From the NCBI GenBank assembly GCA_041653615.1, contig JBAZEZ010000003.1:1213-65212 (forward strand): DNA of 64,000 nucleotides, written 5' to 3'. Below, in pieces: positions 9,829 to 19,130 of the stretch (position 1 is the stretch's first letter; every line of letters starts with the position of its first letter). The notes beneath the pieces are model-generated. The model was not told where the DNA came from. It did not search any database and saw nothing but the letters and a program-made list of their open reading frames with translations. The DNA is from Candidatus Ratteibacteria bacterium. Its GTDB lineage: Bacteria; Ratteibacteria; UBA8468; MWAK01. Position numbers and translations under genes: made by a program.

Positions 9829-10509
9829 GTGTTGATGAATTCAAACAAAGAACGCGTTTTAAAAAATAGAGTCGTCGTTTTTTTTGGTCCGCCCGGCGTA
9901 GGTAAAGGAACCATTACGACCCGATTGGCAAAAGAGTTCGGTTGCCGGACCATTTCTTCCGGAGACCTCCTGAGGGAGAACGTGAAGGGTGGAACGGACC
10001 TGGGCAACCAGGCAAAAAAGTTTATGGATTCGGGCGGCCTGGTTCCCGACCAGCTGGTTACCCGGATGGTAATGGCTGGCTTGGAGAAGACTGAAGGCTG
10101 CGTTTTTCTGGACGGTTTTCCGCGGACCATTGTTCAGGCTAAAGAACTGGCCGCTTATCTGGAAGAAAGAAATTGGAAACTCCTGGTAATTGACTTGGAA
10201 GCGGATGACGAGTTTCTGATGGCGCGTCTTACCGGTCGGCTTGTTTGCGGGAACTGCGGAGCTATCTATCATCAGGTTAATTTGCTCCCGAAAAAAGAAG
10301 GCGTTTGCGATGTTTGCGGCGGAGGTCTTTACCGGAGAGCGGATGACCATCCGGATGTTGTTGCTACGAGACTTTCGGTTTATCACCAGCAGTCGGCGCC
10401 GTTACGGGATTATTATCAAGAATTAGGTTTGATGGTAACGCTGCGCGGAGATAATTTTTTAGATAAAACGCTTGCCGCCGTGCGCGATGTTTTGGTAAAT
10501 ATTTCGTAA
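9829..10509 (+). CDS. adk: adenylate kinase (zinc-binding LID: CGNCG...CDVCGG)
   Basis: P-loop GPPGVGKGT; four-Cys LID; canonical position after secY. Confidence 0.93.
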   Translation: MLMNSNKERVLKNRVVVFFGPPGVGKGTITTRLAKEFGCRTISSGDLLRENVKGGTDLGNQAKKFMDSGGLVPDQLVTRMVMAGLEKTEGCVFLDGFPRTIVQAKELAAYLEERNWKLLVIDLEADDEFLMARLTGRLVCGNCGAIYHQVNLLPKKEGVCDVCGGGLYRRADDHPDVVATRLSVYHQQSAPLRDYYQELGLMVTLRGDNFLDKTLAAVRDVLVNIS

Positions 10510-10523
10510 GCGCGGAGAGATAG

Positions 10524-11258
10524 ATGCGGCATCAGGCGAAACTGATAAGGATGAAGGAAGCCGGCCGTATCGTCGGCTTAACCCGTCAGTATCTTGCGGG
10601 ATTAATTGTACCGGGCATTACTACCGGCGAGTTGGATAAACGAGCCGGGGAGTTTATCGAGAAAGAAGGCGGGCGGGCCGCGTTTAAAGGATACTGTGGT
10701 TTTCCCGCGTCAATTTGTGTTTCACCCAACGAAGTTGTAATTCACGGGATTCCCGGGGAAAGACGGCTTCTAGAGGGAGATATCGTCGGCATTGATTTGG
10801 GCGTGGAGAAGGATGGTTTTTTTGCCGACGCCGCCGCGACTTTTCCAGTCGGGACGATTTCCGCGGAGAACGAAAGGTTGATTTCGGTGACCCGAGCATC
10901 TCTCTTGACGGCGCTTGGTCGGTTAAAATCCGGGTTGTTCGTAGACGATATCAGTTCCGTAATTGAAAAGTCGGTTAATAAAGCCGGATTTTCGGTAGTT
11001 AAATCTTTTTGTGGGCACGGCATCGGCCGTCGGTTACATCAGAGTCCGGAAGTGCCGAATTTTGTAAGCGGGAATACTTTTCGTTTATACCCCGGACTTG
11101 GCTTGGCGATCGAACCTATGGTAAACTATAGGGGAGGAGAAGTAAAAATTCTCCCTGACGGCTGGACGGTGGTAACTGTAGACGGAAGTCCATCCGCTCA
11201 TTTTGAGGAAACAGTTGTCGTGCTGGAAAATGGTTGTGAGATCGTAACTCAAGCATGA
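10524..11258 (+). CDS. map: type I methionine aminopeptidase
   Basis: 244 aa pita-bread fold motifs ([22 protein letters not shown]). Confidence 0.92.
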   Translation: MRHQAKLIRMKEAGRIVGLTRQYLAGLIVPGITTGELDKRAGEFIEKEGGRAAFKGYCGFPASICVSPNEVVIHGIPGERRLLEGDIVGIDLGVEKDGFFADAAATFPVGTISAENERLISVTRASLLTALGRLKSGLFVDDISSVIEKSVNKAGFSVVKSFCGHGIGRRLHQSPEVPNFVSGNTFRLYPGLGLAIEPMVNYRGGEVKILPDGWTVVTVDGSPSAHFEETVVVLENGCEIVTQA

Positions 11259-11470
11259 AAAAGGAGAATAAATTAAAAGTTGAAGGCGTTGTTTTGATGG
11301 CGCTGCCTAATGCCAACTTTAAGGTAAAATTAAAGAACGGGCACGAAATTTTAGCTCACGTCAGCGGTAAGATGCGAATGCATTATATCAAAATTTTACC
11401 GAGCGATAAAGTGATTATGGAAATCAGCCCTTACGATTTAACGAAAGGCAGAATCATTCAACGGCAATAA
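11255..11470 (+). CDS. infA: translation initiation factor IF-1
   Basis: 71 aa S1-like; [25 protein letters not shown]. Confidence 0.93.
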   Translation: MKKENKLKVEGVVLMALPNANFKVKLKNGHEILAHVSGKMRMHYIKILPSDKVIMEISPYDLTKGRIIQRQ

Positions 11471-11478
11471 CGATAATT

Positions 11479-11604
11479 ATGAAAGTACGAGCTTCGGTGA
11501 AAAAAATTTGTCCCCAGTGTCAGATTATTCGGCGGGGCGGTAAGGTCCGGGTTATCTGTAAAAATCCCCGGAAGGGACCAAAACACAAACAGGTTCAGGG
11601 ATAG
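11479..11604 (+). CDS. rpmJ: 50S ribosomal protein L36 (41 aa, not in the ORF track)
   Basis: translation [41 protein letters not shown], a CxxC...C...H zinc ribbon; between infA and rpsM. Confidence 0.9.
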   Translation: MKVRASVKKICPQCQIIRRGGKVRVICKNPRKGPKHKQVQG

Positions 11605-11615
11605 TTTAAAAGACT

Positions 11616-12035
11616 ATGGCTAGAATAATCGGTGTGGAGATTCCAAACGCCAAGCGGGTAGAAACAGGACTTACTTATATTTACGGTATCGGCGTGAATT
11701 TAGCTCGGCGTTTATTGAAAGAGACCAAGATTGATGCGGATATCAGGGTAAAAGACCTTACGGAAGACCATATTAACCGTTTAACGATGGCGATTCAGCG
11801 CAGTTACCGGGTTGAAGGCGACTTGCGCCGGGAAGAAACGGCAAACACGAAGCGCTTGATAGAAATCGGTTGTTACCGAGGTGTTCGGCACAAGCGAGGT
11901 TTACCGGTTCGGGGACAAAGGACGCATACCAACGCCCGGACCCGCAAGGGTCCCCGGAAGACGGTTTCAACCATCCGCAGCAAGGATAAGCGGAGCGAAA
12001 TAAAGTCCAAGGGACCGGAAACCAAAAAGAAATAG
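11616..12035 (+). CDS. rpsM: 30S ribosomal protein S13
   Basis: 139 aa; [11 protein letters not shown]...YIYGIG uS13. Confidence 0.95.
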   Translation: MARIIGVEIPNAKRVETGLTYIYGIGVNLARRLLKETKIDADIRVKDLTEDHINRLTMAIQRSYRVEGDLRREETANTKRLIEIGCYRGVRHKRGLPVRGQRTHTNARTRKGPRKTVSTIRSKDKRSEIKSKGPETKKK

Positions 12036-12050
12036 AGAGGGCAAAAGCGA

Positions 12051-12437
12051 ATGGGTAAAAAGTACGAAAAGAAGAAAAAAAAGAGCACTGCTCCTTCCGG
12101 AGGCATCGCCCACGTGAAGGCGACATTCAACAATACTTTTGTCACGATAACTGATGACAAAGGCAATGTTTTGGTCCAGGCAAGCAGCGGCCAGGTTGGT
12201 TTCAAGGGGACCCGTAAGGGGACGCCGTACGCTGCCGGTTTGGTTGCCCGGGAGGTGGCTCGTCGCGCCCAGGATCTCGGGGTGAGAGAAGTGGAAGTTC
12301 GGGTAAAGGGACCGGGTCCGGGTCGGGAGACGGCTATTCGTTCTCTTCAGTCAGCCGGGCTGATGGTAACCCAGATTCACGATATGTCTCCGATTCCTCA
12401 TAACGGTTGTCGGCCGCCCAAGGAGCGCCGAGTTTAA
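12051..12437 (+). CDS. rpsK: 30S ribosomal protein S11
   Basis: 128 aa; uS11 C-terminus [18 protein letters not shown]. Confidence 0.95.
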   Translation: MGKKYEKKKKKSTAPSGGIAHVKATFNNTFVTITDDKGNVLVQASSGQVGFKGTRKGTPYAAGLVAREVARRAQDLGVREVEVRVKGPGPGRETAIRSLQSAGLMVTQIHDMSPIPHNGCRPPKERRV

Positions 12438-12439
12438 AA

Positions 12440-12500
12440 ACAGCCGTAGCAGTGCGATTCATCGCACGTATTGCCGTAGAACAGGCGGAAGGCCTGTGAA
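12440..12500. repeat. two short hairpins in the rpsK-rpsD spacer (GTGCGATTCATCGCAC; CAGGCGGAAGGCCTG)
   Basis: the GCGATTCATCGC core palindrome recurs at 52915-52935 inside another intergenic repeat. Confidence 0.4.
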
Positions 12501-12506
12501 AACACT

Positions 12507-13133
12507 ATGAAAACAAGAGCGCCAGTTTGTAAAATCTGTCGTCGCGAAGACACGAAATTATTTCTAAAAGGCCAGCGGTGCTTAACGGCGAAATGCGCCA
12601 TAGACAAAGGACGACCGACGCCTTCCGGAAACAGCCGGTATTCCAGCCCGAATTCCACCTATCGTCTCCAGCTGCGGGAAAAGGAGAAAGTCCGTTCTTT
12701 TTACGGCGTTTTGGAAAGACAGTTTCGACGTTATTTTGCCATGGCTCAGAAGAGCGGTCAGGCTCCCGGCGAAAAACTGCTTATTTTCTTGGAACGGCGG
12801 TTGGATAACGCTTTAGTTGTTGTCGGTTTGCTGCCTTCCAGGCGTTCTGCCCGTCAGTTAATCGGCAGCGGTCATATTCGGGTAAACGGTCGTCGCATGA
12901 GCATCCCTTCTTATTTGGTTGCTAACGGTGACGAAGTGGAATTCCGGTCCGGTTCCCGGGTTTTACCAAAGCTGAAGGAAATGATTCTGGCCGGCGGTGT
13001 GACAAAACAGTGTCCGACTTGGCTGAATCTGGATAAGGAAGCGGTCAAGATTAAAGTTCTGCGGGAACCTTCCCGGAGTGAAATTTCCGTCCCGGTGGAG
13101 GAGGGTCACATCGTTAACCTTTACTCACGGTAA
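12507..13133 (+). CDS. rpsD: 30S ribosomal protein S4 (zinc-binding N-terminus)
   Basis: 208 aa; CKICRREDTKLFLKGQRC plus S4 domain. Confidence 0.95.
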   Translation: MKTRAPVCKICRREDTKLFLKGQRCLTAKCAIDKGRPTPSGNSRYSSPNSTYRLQLREKEKVRSFYGVLERQFRRYFAMAQKSGQAPGEKLLIFLERRLDNALVVVGLLPSRRSARQLIGSGHIRVNGRRMSIPSYLVANGDEVEFRSGSRVLPKLKEMILAGGVTKQCPTWLNLDKEAVKIKVLREPSRSEISVPVEEGHIVNLYSR

Positions 13134-13151
13134 TTTACAGAAGGAAAAAAT

Positions 13152-13946
13152 ATGGAGCAATTTAAATACCCGACAAAGATTGAGTGGGAGAAGGATACAT
13201 ATCGTGAGACTTACGGCAAGGCTGTTGTAGAGCCGCTGGAACGCGGTTTTGCCATTACGGTTGGAAATTGTCTCCGCCGTGTCCTGCTTTCGGCGATTCC
13301 CGGCGTAGCGATTACCAGTGTCAAGATTGACGGTATCGCCCATGAATTTTCGGCGATTCCCGGCGTAAAAGAGGATGTTACTGATGTTGTTCTGAACCTT
13401 AAGCAGATAAACCTTAAGGCCAACATCACCGGACTTCCTAAAAAATTTTCCGTGACGATTGAAAAAAAGACAGAACTTTTAGCCGGCGATTTGTTTGCCG
13501 ACGCGGAAATTAGCGTTGAGAATCCAAAATTGCATATTGCCACTCTTTCCAAAGGAGCTACGCTGAAGTTAGAGTTAACGGTCAGCCAGGGGTTTGGTTA
13601 CGTGCCGGTCGGACGGATAGTCGAGGAAGGAGTACCTATCACTACTATTCCTTTGGCGGCTTCGTTCAGTCCGATTACCCGGGTTTCTTACCGTATCGAA
13701 AATACGCGGGTAGGACAACGGGTTGATTACGAAAGGCTGTTGTTGGAAATCTGGACAACCGGTTCTATTACACCTAAGGATGCGGTAAAGCACGCTACCG
13801 AGATTTTGAACAAGCATTTTAACCTGATTGCCGGAAACGGTGAGGCGGACGGAATAAAAACACCGAAAGAACCTTTAGTGAAAGCCAGTCTTTCGGAAAA
13901 ACCTTCAGTCAAGAAGGCTGCTCCGAAAAAAACAAAAAAAAGTTGA
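13152..13946 (+). CDS. rpoA: DNA-directed RNA polymerase subunit alpha, N-terminal domain only (264 aa, Lys-rich tail, no recognisable alpha-CTD)
   Basis: alpha-NTD dimerisation/assembly motifs (AITVGNCLRRVLLSAIPG, two Rpb11-like segments); ends in KKAAPKKTKKS roughly 65-80 aa short of typical RpoA. Confidence 0.85.
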   Translation: MEQFKYPTKIEWEKDTYRETYGKAVVEPLERGFAITVGNCLRRVLLSAIPGVAITSVKIDGIAHEFSAIPGVKEDVTDVVLNLKQINLKANITGLPKKFSVTIEKKTELLAGDLFADAEISVENPKLHIATLSKGATLKLELTVSQGFGYVPVGRIVEEGVPITTIPLAASFSPITRVSYRIENTRVGQRVDYERLLLEIWTTGSITPKDAVKHATEILNKHFNLIAGNGEADGIKTPKEPLVKASLSEKPSVKKAAPKKTKKS

Positions 13947-13952
13947 GGGTAG

Positions 13953-14303
13953 ATGCGACACCAACGAAGAAAAAGGGTTAATTTAAACCGAGGTCGCCGG
14001 GCCGGAGTTTTCAATTCTTTGCTTAAGGGGTTGATTATCCACGGAAAGGTTAAGGCTTCTACGGCCCGCGTCAAACAGATACAGGTTTTGGCGGAAAAGA
14101 TAATTACCATGGCTAAAGAAGATTCGGTGGCCAGTCGGCGCCGGATATTTTCCTACCTGCAGGATGAAACCATGGTGAAGAAGTTGATGTCTGAAATCGC
14201 CCCGCGTTATCAGGGTCGCAACGGTGGCTATACTCAGTTATTTAAGCTTGGTCCCCGCCAGGGCGACGGATGCGAACTTTCCCAGCTAACCTTCCTGCCG
14301 TAA
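13953..14303 (+). CDS. rplQ: 50S ribosomal protein L17
   Basis: 116 aa; MRHQRRKRVNLNRGRRAGVF... bL17. Confidence 0.93.
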   Translation: MRHQRRKRVNLNRGRRAGVFNSLLKGLIIHGKVKASTARVKQIQVLAEKIITMAKEDSVASRRRIFSYLQDETMVKKLMSEIAPRYQGRNGGYTQLFKLGPRQGDGCELSQLTFLP

Positions 14304-14359
14304 AGAAGATAAGTGGTGAATGGTAGGAATCGACCATTGCCGCACTGCTACCTGAATGC

Positions 14360-15742
14360 ATGCCTAAAGCAGAAAACATTGATTTCCTGAGAGAGCATAA
14401 TCAACACCATATTCTTCAACATTACCAACGCCTTAGTCCGGATAAACAGAACCGTTTCCGGAAAAACTTGGATGGGCTGGACCTTCCGCTGGTTTTTAAA
14501 CTTCACCAGGAATTTTCCGTTAGAAATATCGTCGCGCATGTTTCTGGCGATATTCAACCGGCCCCGATTATTACCCTACCTAAAACACCCTCCGAGGCGG
14601 TTTTCCGGGAAAAGGCGTGCGCTGAAGGGGAGGCGCTTCTTCGCGAAAACAGGATTGCTGTTCTTGTTGTAGCCGGTGGCCAGGGTTCTCGTTTCGGGTT
14701 TGAAGGCCCCAAGGGTATTTTCCCTGTTTCCCCGGTCAAAAATAAATCTCTGTTTCAATTGTTTTCCGAAACGATTCTGGCTCTAAACCGCCGTTACCGG
14801 TCCGCTATTCCCCTGTTGGTTATGACCAGCACGGAAAACGACGGTTCAGTTAAAGATTTTTTTCGGGCGCATTCCTTTTTCGGATTGGATTCCGGCGCGG
14901 TCTTCTTTTTTAAGCAAGAGATGCTGCCTACGATTACTGCGGCCGGTAGTCTGATTTTGAAGGACGAGACGCATCTATTTACCAATCCCTCCGGACACGG
15001 CGGTTCTCTCAAGGCGCTTTACAAATCCGGACTTCTTTCCGGGCTTACGCAAAAGGGTTTCTCCGACCTTTTTTATTGTCAAATTGACAACCCGTTAGTG
15101 AAGATAGCCGAACCGGCTTTTCTGGGATATCACCGCCTGGCGGAATCAGAATTTTCTCTCAAGGTTTTGCGGCGGCGAAACGCGGCGGAAAAAATAGGCG
15201 TTTACGCGCTCGTAGACGGAAAGCCGGGTGTAATTGAATATAGCAACCTGGTGCCGGGGAGTGAGTGTCTGACCGAAGGGGAAGACATGCGTTTTTGGGC
15301 CGGGAGCATAGCTATTCATATTCTTTCCCTGCCTTTTGTGGAACGTTTGAATCGTCAGGGATTCAGTTTGCCTTATCATCGGGCGGTTAAGATTACCGAA
15401 GCGCCGGGTTTTGGCGGAAAATTGGAAAAGATGACTGTCTGGAAATTCGAAACATTTGTATTCGACGGTTTGCCGCTGGCCGCCAGGACTTGCTGCGTGG
15501 AAACGCTCCGGGAGGAAGAGTTTGCTCCGGTCAAGAATCGGCAGGGAGAAGATTCGGCCGATTCTGCCGCAAAGGCAATTTCTGTTCGCACCCGGCAATG
15601 GTTGGTTGAAACCGGCAGCGCGGCTGTGGCGCCGGGGGTGCGGGTTGAAATAAGCCCGGGTTATGCCTTGGATAAAGAAGAACTCGCCGAAAAACGGAAA
15701 GGAAATCCCCTGGTAATCAAAAAAGACACCTACCTGGAATAA
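14360..15742 (+). CDS. UDP-sugar / UDP-N-acetylhexosamine pyrophosphorylase (UDPGP, eukaryotic-type UAP family)
   Basis: 460 aa; LVVAGGQGSRFGFEGPKGIFPV nucleotide-binding loop and DNPL motif of the UDPGP family. Confidence 0.75.
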   Translation: MPKAENIDFLREHNQHHILQHYQRLSPDKQNRFRKNLDGLDLPLVFKLHQEFSVRNIVAHVSGDIQPAPIITLPKTPSEAVFREKACAEGEALLRENRIAVLVVAGGQGSRFGFEGPKGIFPVSPVKNKSLFQLFSETILALNRRYRSAIPLLVMTSTENDGSVKDFFRAHSFFGLDSGAVFFFKQEMLPTITAAGSLILKDETHLFTNPSGHGGSLKALYKSGLLSGLTQKGFSDLFYCQIDNPLVKIAEPAFLGYHRLAESEFSLKVLRRRNAAEKIGVYALVDGKPGVIEYSNLVPGSECLTEGEDMRFWAGSIAIHILSLPFVERLNRQGFSLPYHRAVKITEAPGFGGKLEKMTVWKFETFVFDGLPLAARTCCVETLREEEFAPVKNRQGEDSADSAAKAISVRTRQWLVETGSAAVAPGVRVEISPGYALDKEELAEKRKGNPLVIKKDTYLE

Positions 15743-15841
15743 GCATTTTGTACTGATGCCGTTTTGACTTAAACCCTGTATTTTTAGTAAAATAACAATT
15801 TAACGAAAAGATTTTGTACTTAACCCGGGGGAAATAAAAAA

Positions 15842-16450
15842 ATGGATATCAGGTGGCTTTTATCATTTAAGATGACCGGCTGGTTTTGCGGCGGCGTGAT
15901 CGTCGTTTTGGCCGTTCTTTCTATCGTTTCCTGGTCACTCATTTTTCAGAAAATGGCTGCTTTTCGCCGGGCGCGTCGCGCCAATTCCTTTTTCCGTTCA
16001 ATGTCTGGTACGGAAATATCGGAGAAGTACACTGCTTTTTTTGCTTATTCCTGCCTATATCTGATTTCTTGGAAGGTAAATCAATTTCCGTTATTGGATG
16101 AAAAGAACCTTTTAAAATTAGAAGAGGAACTCAAAATTGAATTGAATGAGTATTTTGAGAATCTGAGCAGCGGACTTCCCATTCTCGGCAGTATTACCAG
16201 CGTGGCTCCTTTTGTGGGCCTGTTGGGCACGGTTTGGGGCATTATGGTTATTTTTGGAAGGATGCACGGTCAGGTGGCCGGTGTTTCGGAGATGGTGGCT
16301 CCGGGTGTGGCTCAGGCGCTTATCGCCACCGTAGCCGGTTTGATAACAGCCATACCGGCGCTCTTTTTCTATAACTATTTTACGATGATTTTGCGGAGTC
16401 TTTCCAGCGAAGCGGACACTTACGCGAGCCGGCTTATTTCTAAGAAATGA
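15842..16450 (+). CDS. exbB: MotA/TolQ/ExbB proton-channel family protein
   Basis: 202 aa, 3 TM; PILGSITSVAPFVGLLGTVWGIMVIF signature. Confidence 0.85.
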   Translation: MDIRWLLSFKMTGWFCGGVIVVLAVLSIVSWSLIFQKMAAFRRARRANSFFRSMSGTEISEKYTAFFAYSCLYLISWKVNQFPLLDEKNLLKLEEELKIELNEYFENLSSGLPILGSITSVAPFVGLLGTVWGIMVIFGRMHGQVAGVSEMVAPGVAQALIATVAGLITAIPALFFYNYFTMILRSLSSEADTYASRLISKK

Positions 16451-16866
16451 ATAAAAGGATAAAATTCACACCGTCATTGCTGGACCAGATTAATATTACT
16501 CCGATGCTGGATACCATTTTGGTTCTGCTCGCCGTTTTTGTTATTATTTCCCCGTTGGTCGGGCCCGGCATTCCGGTCAAGCTTCCGACTGCCACCGGAG
16601 AAAAACTTTCGGTTAGCGCAACCATTCTCCTGACATTGAATAAGCAGGGTGAAGTATTTTTGAGCGGTAGGCAGGCAAATCCAATCTTTCTTTCGGTTGA
16701 CCTCCAGAACTTAAAAAAGGCAGACCCGGGTTTGAAGGTTATTATCCAGGCGGACAAAGAAGTCTCTTATGAAGCTGTGGTTTCCCTGCTGGATATTGTG
16801 CGTCAGGCCGGAATTTCTTCGGTGGGTCTGGCCACCACCTCGAAGACCGTAAACGGTAAATGGTAA
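16447..16866 (+). CDS. exbD: ExbD/TolR biopolymer transport protein
   Basis: 139 aa; INITPMLDTILVLLAVFVII N-terminal TM; ATGA overlap with exbB. Confidence 0.85.
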   Translation: MNKRIKFTPSLLDQINITPMLDTILVLLAVFVIISPLVGPGIPVKLPTATGEKLSVSATILLTLNKQGEVFLSGRQANPIFLSVDLQNLKKADPGLKVIIQADKEVSYEAVVSLLDIVRQAGISSVGLATTSKTVNGKW

Positions 16867-16931
16867 TAACAGAATAAATAAAATATTTCACCGTTTAATG
16901 TTTTCACTATTCATAATTTAAAGCACTACGA

Positions 16932-17699
16932 ATGAAAGCCTATCTTCTTTCTGTATTCTTCCACCTACTTTTCGCCGGCCTCCTTTTTTTTCTGGCGGTT
17001 TCACCCGGGAAAGCCCTGCCTTCGGGGAGGGTTGACCAGGTTTTTTTGGTAACTTCAATACCGGTGGCTCCGATATCTTCCGTGTCGGCGGATGCGCTCC
17101 CCGCGACGCCCTCGGGCTCGATGAGTCGAGTTCCTGCAATTAAGCCGGAGAATACGATTGAGCCGGTACCGGTAAAGCCGGAAAAAAGCCTGGCGGAAAA
17201 ATTAGCAATGCGTTTGAACGGCGCAACGTCCGAAGTTTGGAATCACACGACGGCAAACCGGAGCGGAGAGCCCCGGGAACAATCCGGAACCGCAGCCGAG
17301 ACAGGGACGGGAGTTCCCGTAAAAGAAGGATTATCACCCGGTCAGACGCAAAGTTTGCCGAGCCAGGCTTCGGTATCAACCGGTGAAGGCGCAACCCGGG
17401 TGAAACCGGAGGAGGGTTTTTCAGACGAATGGTATCTTACCCTGCTTTCCCGGCGGCTCACCGAAAGATGGAATCCGGTGCGCGAAGGGATTGCGGTGGT
17501 AGCGAGGGAGGTTACCGTATCCTTCACGATAACCCGGGATGGTCGGATAAAAGACGTGGGTCTTACCCGCGCCTCCGGTAACCAAAGATTTGACCGTTCC
17601 GGCGTTACTGCGGTGGTTGAAAGCGATTTTTTGCCGCCTCTGCCGACAAGTTGGGGGAAAAAAGAATTGCAAATTTCCGTTCGTTTCCGGGAAAAGTAG
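16932..17699 (+). CDS. TonB-family energy transducer (N-terminal TM, Pro/Ser-rich spacer, TonB_C domain)
   Basis: 255 aa; C-terminal ...VSFTITRDGRIKDVGLTRASGNQRFDRSGVTAV... TonB_C-like. Confidence 0.7.
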   Translation: MKAYLLSVFFHLLFAGLLFFLAVSPGKALPSGRVDQVFLVTSIPVAPISSVSADALPATPSGSMSRVPAIKPENTIEPVPVKPEKSLAEKLAMRLNGATSEVWNHTTANRSGEPREQSGTAAETGTGVPVKEGLSPGQTQSLPSQASVSTGEGATRVKPEEGFSDEWYLTLLSRRLTERWNPVREGIAVVAREVTVSFTITRDGRIKDVGLTRASGNQRFDRSGVTAVVESDFLPPLPTSWGKKELQISVRFREK

Positions 17700-17710
17700 G
17701 AAAGTTTATT

Positions 17711-17974
17711 TGGACGTAGATTTACGCAGATAATCGCAGATACAGATTAAAGATTACTTTAATGTGGATATTTTCACGATATCACCAAGAAATAATTAGG
17801 AAGATAAAAGGCACGATACAGGCAAGGGCAATAAAGGTAAAACACGTCACACATAATTTTGAACCCCTACCATCCCAAAAGATATAATTTTTCATAATAG
17901 AATTACTTAAAAAAATACTCTTAAAAAATTATAGTTTAAGCTTTATCCCGTTGTTTCTGCGTACATCTGCGTCC
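17711..17974. mobile_element. MITE-like element bounded by inverted repeats GGACGTAGAT / ATCTGCGTCC (copy 1 of 3)
   Basis: AT-rich 264-bp segment between convergent gene ends; TIR and internal block GATAATCGCAGATACAGATTAAA shared with copy 3 at 30779-30894. Confidence 0.6.
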
Positions 17975-17984
17975 CAATAGTAAT

Positions 17985-18968
17985 TTATCTTGCGTCTTTA
18001 ACACACCTGAATCCCAGATTTGGTTCCGGCATTGTTCCCTTGAATTGCGCGTAGGAGGAAAGCTCGTTGGCTCCGTCTTCAAAAGATCCGCCCTTTACTA
18101 TTTTCCATCGTTTACTGTCGGAGGTGTAAGGAGTGGTTGTCCATTCCCGTACGTTTCCTACCATGTCAAATATGCCAAAAGGGCTGCGGTCATATGGAAA
18201 ACTTCCTACCGGCGTCGTGGTTCCCTTCCCCTGTCGGTTACCGTTGGCGTAAGTCTGAATATAATTGTTTCCCCAGGGGTAGATGAAGCCTTCGTTACCT
18301 CGGCTGGCTCGTTCCCATTCTTCTTTAGTCGGCAGTCTTTTTCCTACCCATTCAGCAAATTCTTTTGCATCCTGGTAAGAAACATTAACGACCGGATGGT
18401 TGGCTAATTCATTCGGGTAGATTCCGTTTTTCCAAATATTATACTTCGGGCCTCTGGGGTCAGCCGGTGGCTTATGTTCGGTTGCCCTGACAAAATCGGC
18501 ATACTGCCGATTGCTAATTTCGTATTTATCCATGAAAAAAGCCGGAACGTTGAGTTTAACCGACGTCCCATTTTCGTTCCAGCCCGCGATGTAATCTCCG
18601 GCCGGCACCAAGACCATACCTTCCGGAGAAGGCGCTTGTTCCGGATTTTTGGGCGCGTTACTCGAGGACGCGGAACCGCCTCCGCTGATACCGGGTAGCG
18701 CTAATCCCGGAGTCGGTTGCGGGACGGAAAGACCGTTTTCCGCGAGTTCGTTGGAACGGACGGAATTATGACCTAACCTCATTGTTTTTTTAGCTATGTT
18801 TTTGGCAATAATTATGATACCTAAAATAAGGCTCAAGGCAAGAATGATTAGAAGAAAAGAAGATATGATTGCGCGGAGCGGCGTTTTTTGTTTTTCGGAA
18901 GATTGGTTTGTTTTTGCGACCTTGGTTCCGTCTTCTTCGGAAATCAGGATTTTGGACATATACTTCAC
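17985..18968 (-). CDS. formylglycine-generating-enzyme (FGE-sulfatase / SUMF1) domain protein, membrane anchored
   Basis: 327 aa; N-terminal TM; MVLVPAGDY...YPWGN...GNVREWT...GFRCV motifs of the FGE-sulfatase fold. Confidence 0.75.
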   Translation of the reverse strand: MKYMSKILISEEDGTKVAKTNQSSEKQKTPLRAIISSFLLIILALSLILGIIIIAKNIAKKTMRLGHNSVRSNELAENGLSVPQPTPGLALPGISGGGSASSSNAPKNPEQAPSPEGMVLVPAGDYIAGWNENGTSVKLNVPAFFMDKYEISNRQYADFVRATEHKPPADPRGPKYNIWKNGIYPNELANHPVVNVSYQDAKEFAEWVGKRLPTKEEWERASRGNEGFIYPWGNNYIQTYANGNRQGKGTTTPVGSFPYDRSPFGIFDMVGNVREWTTTPYTSDSKRWKIVKGGSFEDGANELSSYAQFKGTMPEPNLGFRCVKDAR

Positions 18969-19130
18969 CTCCCTTTCTTTAGAGTGACCCGTGACAAAAT
19001 TTATTTAATATTATATCATTAAAGCGGGGGAAAAAGTCAAGAGAGATTTGCTTTTTGATGTCGGCACGGTATAAAATTTAAAGAACGGCGGTGTTTTAAA
19101 AATACGTTTATTTAATTTACCGTTTTTAAA

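Noticed and set aside
12440-12500. Possible tRNA or small RNA between rpsK and rpsD
   Set aside because: Only two simple hairpins with no cloverleaf. Interpreted as a palindromic repeat or terminator-like spacer.
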